Assembly: GCA_964383485.1 (NCBI GenBank)
Contig: CAYLHM010000001.1
Span: 1-46,979, forward strand
Direction: 5' to 3'
Origin: an uncultured Oscillospiraceae bacterium
Lineage (GTDB): Bacteria > Bacillota > Clostridia > Oscillospirales > Oscillospiraceae
Length of the DNA: 46,979 nt
Of this stretch, positions 46,868-46,979 are shown piece by piece. Position 1 is the first letter of the stretch, and each line of letters starts with the position of its first letter. A program made the position numbers and the translations under genes. The notes beneath the pieces were generated by a model. The model ran no database searches, was not told where the DNA came from, and saw only the letters and a program-made list of their open reading frames with translations.

Positions 46868-46979
46868 GAAAACTGCCATTTTTCATTACATTTTGTTAAG
46901 AAAAGTTGCATGGGGCAGGGGAGGGCGGCAAACAGCTTGACTTTCCGCTTCCTGCTGCGACATAATGGGGAAGCGGGGG

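Overview
Core chromosomal region of a high-GC, spore-forming gut Clostridia member. The gene set and protein style suggest Oscillospiraceae; this is inferred, not checked. Most of the window is housekeeping and sporulation genes: tmcAL/ackA, pepT, birA, tsaA, a Zn-type ABC transporter, ylxM-ffh-rpsP-khpA-rimM-trmD, spoIIAA-spoIIAB-sigF, pcrA-yunB-ligA, ylbJ/yqfC-yqfD-phoH-ybeY-era-yqzL-recO-mutS2, HPr, uvrC-rsmD-coaD, pgm, spoIIM-like-xerD, pfkA and an ABC-2 exporter with an XRE-AbrB regulator. No rRNA, tRNA, CRISPR array, prophage or transposase was seen. The best candidate for an undescribed system is a two-gene accessory module between trmD and spoIIAA (15501-17641). It encodes a Sec-secreted protein and a sortase-type wall-anchored protein that share a repeated helical motif (DGAxxxxY..L..LF..D...F...L). 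The first protein ends in what looks like an internally deleted L,D-transpeptidase (YkuD/Tlde1-like) domain, suggesting a cell-wall enzyme or toxin with its cognate inhibitor. Other signals: a MITE family caught in a nested insertion with a target duplication and sitting in 5' UTRs; XerD-arm-like half-sites around the xerD operon promoter; a membrane-fused E2-type acyltransferase with His replaced by Glu, coupled to birA; and a RecO without its zinc cysteines.
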